Positions 63,026 through 64,000 of a stretch of DNA of 64,000 nt are shown here, one piece after another (the first letter of the stretch is position 1; every line of letters begins with the position of its first letter). Location: IMG/VR virus record IMGVR_UViG_3300037087_000760, positions 146,984 to 210,983 of that record, one strand, 5' to 3'. The position numbers and the translations under genes are program-made. A model generated the notes under the pieces. It made no database searches. It saw only the letters and a list, made by a program, of their open reading frames with translations, and was not told the origin of the DNA.

Positions 63026-63544
63026 ATTTTGTATTTATCAATTACATCTTGTAATTCTTTCTTAAATTGTTCTATGGTATCACCAGCTATTACACAAATT
63101 GTTCCCTCACTTACCACTCTTACTTCAGTATCAGAAACCTCACTACCATACAAATCAGAAATGAGTTCCACTTCAACACCAGTTATTTCAGTTCCGAAAT
63201 GAAATCTATCAGTTCTGGCTTTTGCTCTGTACTCTTTTTCTTCTTTTACAAATTGAGTAAATCTTTTCATAATAATTATCCTTTATTTTTCAATGAAATT
63301 TTTACGGATGTAATCAGCCGCGTCATATAATCCAAAATGATTGGCTACATGATATAAATCTTGCATTTGTTCAGATAGTGAATCCTGTCTTTGTGGAAGT
63401 TTTTGGATTTTTTTTAATTCCTTATGACCCAACCATTCGGAATTTTCCTTGAGTAAATCTGAAAATTTATCCATAAACACTAAATTTATTTCGCTTTATA
63501 TATTAAAATGTTAAACCAGTAATTAGTTTTCATCTATAAAAAGA

Positions 63545-64000
63545 ATGAGGACTTTATTAATTATATTACTATTAATGTTTTGTATCACTACAAAATCACA
63601 AACGGGATTGGGTGATTTTAAATTAAACAAAACGAAAGTGGATTTTGTTATTTCTAAATATCCATGTATTAAAGAAATAACAGATTCTACGGATTGCCCT
63701 CTTGTTAGAAAATTTGTATGTCAAAGATACAAGATGCTAAATATTGATATATTGAATATACGATTGATTTTTTATAATGATATTCTTATTGATTTCAAAT
63801 GTGATAGAGATCCATTAATTGAAAAATATTTTGTTTCTAAACATGGTAGACCCCACATAAAGCAAGATAACCATTCAGTTATCTTCGAAAATGTTTCTTA
63901 TTCAGAAGAAATTAACGAATTTAAATGGATTGATAAAAATATAACTACTATTTCTACTTATACTAAACAATTTAATGAATTTTTTAATATCATAGTAGAT
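63545..64000 (+). CDS. Secreted hypothetical protein (3' truncated)
   Basis: MRTLLIILLLMFCITTKSQ signal-like start, frame appears open to window end. Confidence 0.55.
   Translation, partial: MRTLLIILLLMFCITTKSQTGLGDFKLNKTKVDFVISKYPCIKEITDSTDCPLVRKFVCQRYKMLNIDILNIRLIFYNDILIDFKCDRDPLIEKYFVSKHGRPHIKQDNHSVIFENVSYSEEINEFKWIDKNITTISTYTKQFNEFFNIIVD

Noticed and set aside
1-64000. Stop-codon recoding as in some jumbo phages
   Set aside because: Known genes are intact in the standard code and no CTA/TCA suppressor tRNA was seen; TAG and TAA here are Leu anticodons.

Overview
AT-rich 64 kb segment of a large T4-like (jumbo) phage genome in the standard genetic code. A Bacteroidota host is inferred from TAnnTTTG promoters, Bacteroidota-type ClpP and bL12, a TonB-dependent receptor and a lipoprotein. 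It carries NAD salvage genes (NadE, PncA, PnuC, NadR), ClpP, bL12, a minimal LeuRS, dCMP deaminase, primase, PPK2, homing endonucleases, a 1 kb array of structured ncRNAs, two tRNA operons, and about 30 ORFs with a T4-internal-protein-like N-terminal tag, many with ADP-ribosyltransferase-like motifs. The main finding is that each tRNA operon is restricted to a few amino acids (Ile/Asn/Met/Gln on +, Leu/Tyr on -) and is preceded by an unannotated leader ORF rich in exactly those codons (MIMTQNIQNMIINQI...; ...LYYLYLYLY...). Each leader lies in a 1:2/2:3/3:4 attenuator, behind a shared promoter and ahead of a boxA-like element. This suggests a ribosome-stalling sensor that switches on backup tRNAs (plus bL12 or a mini-LeuRS) when those codons become undecodable. 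All RNA folds and protein family calls were made by eye.
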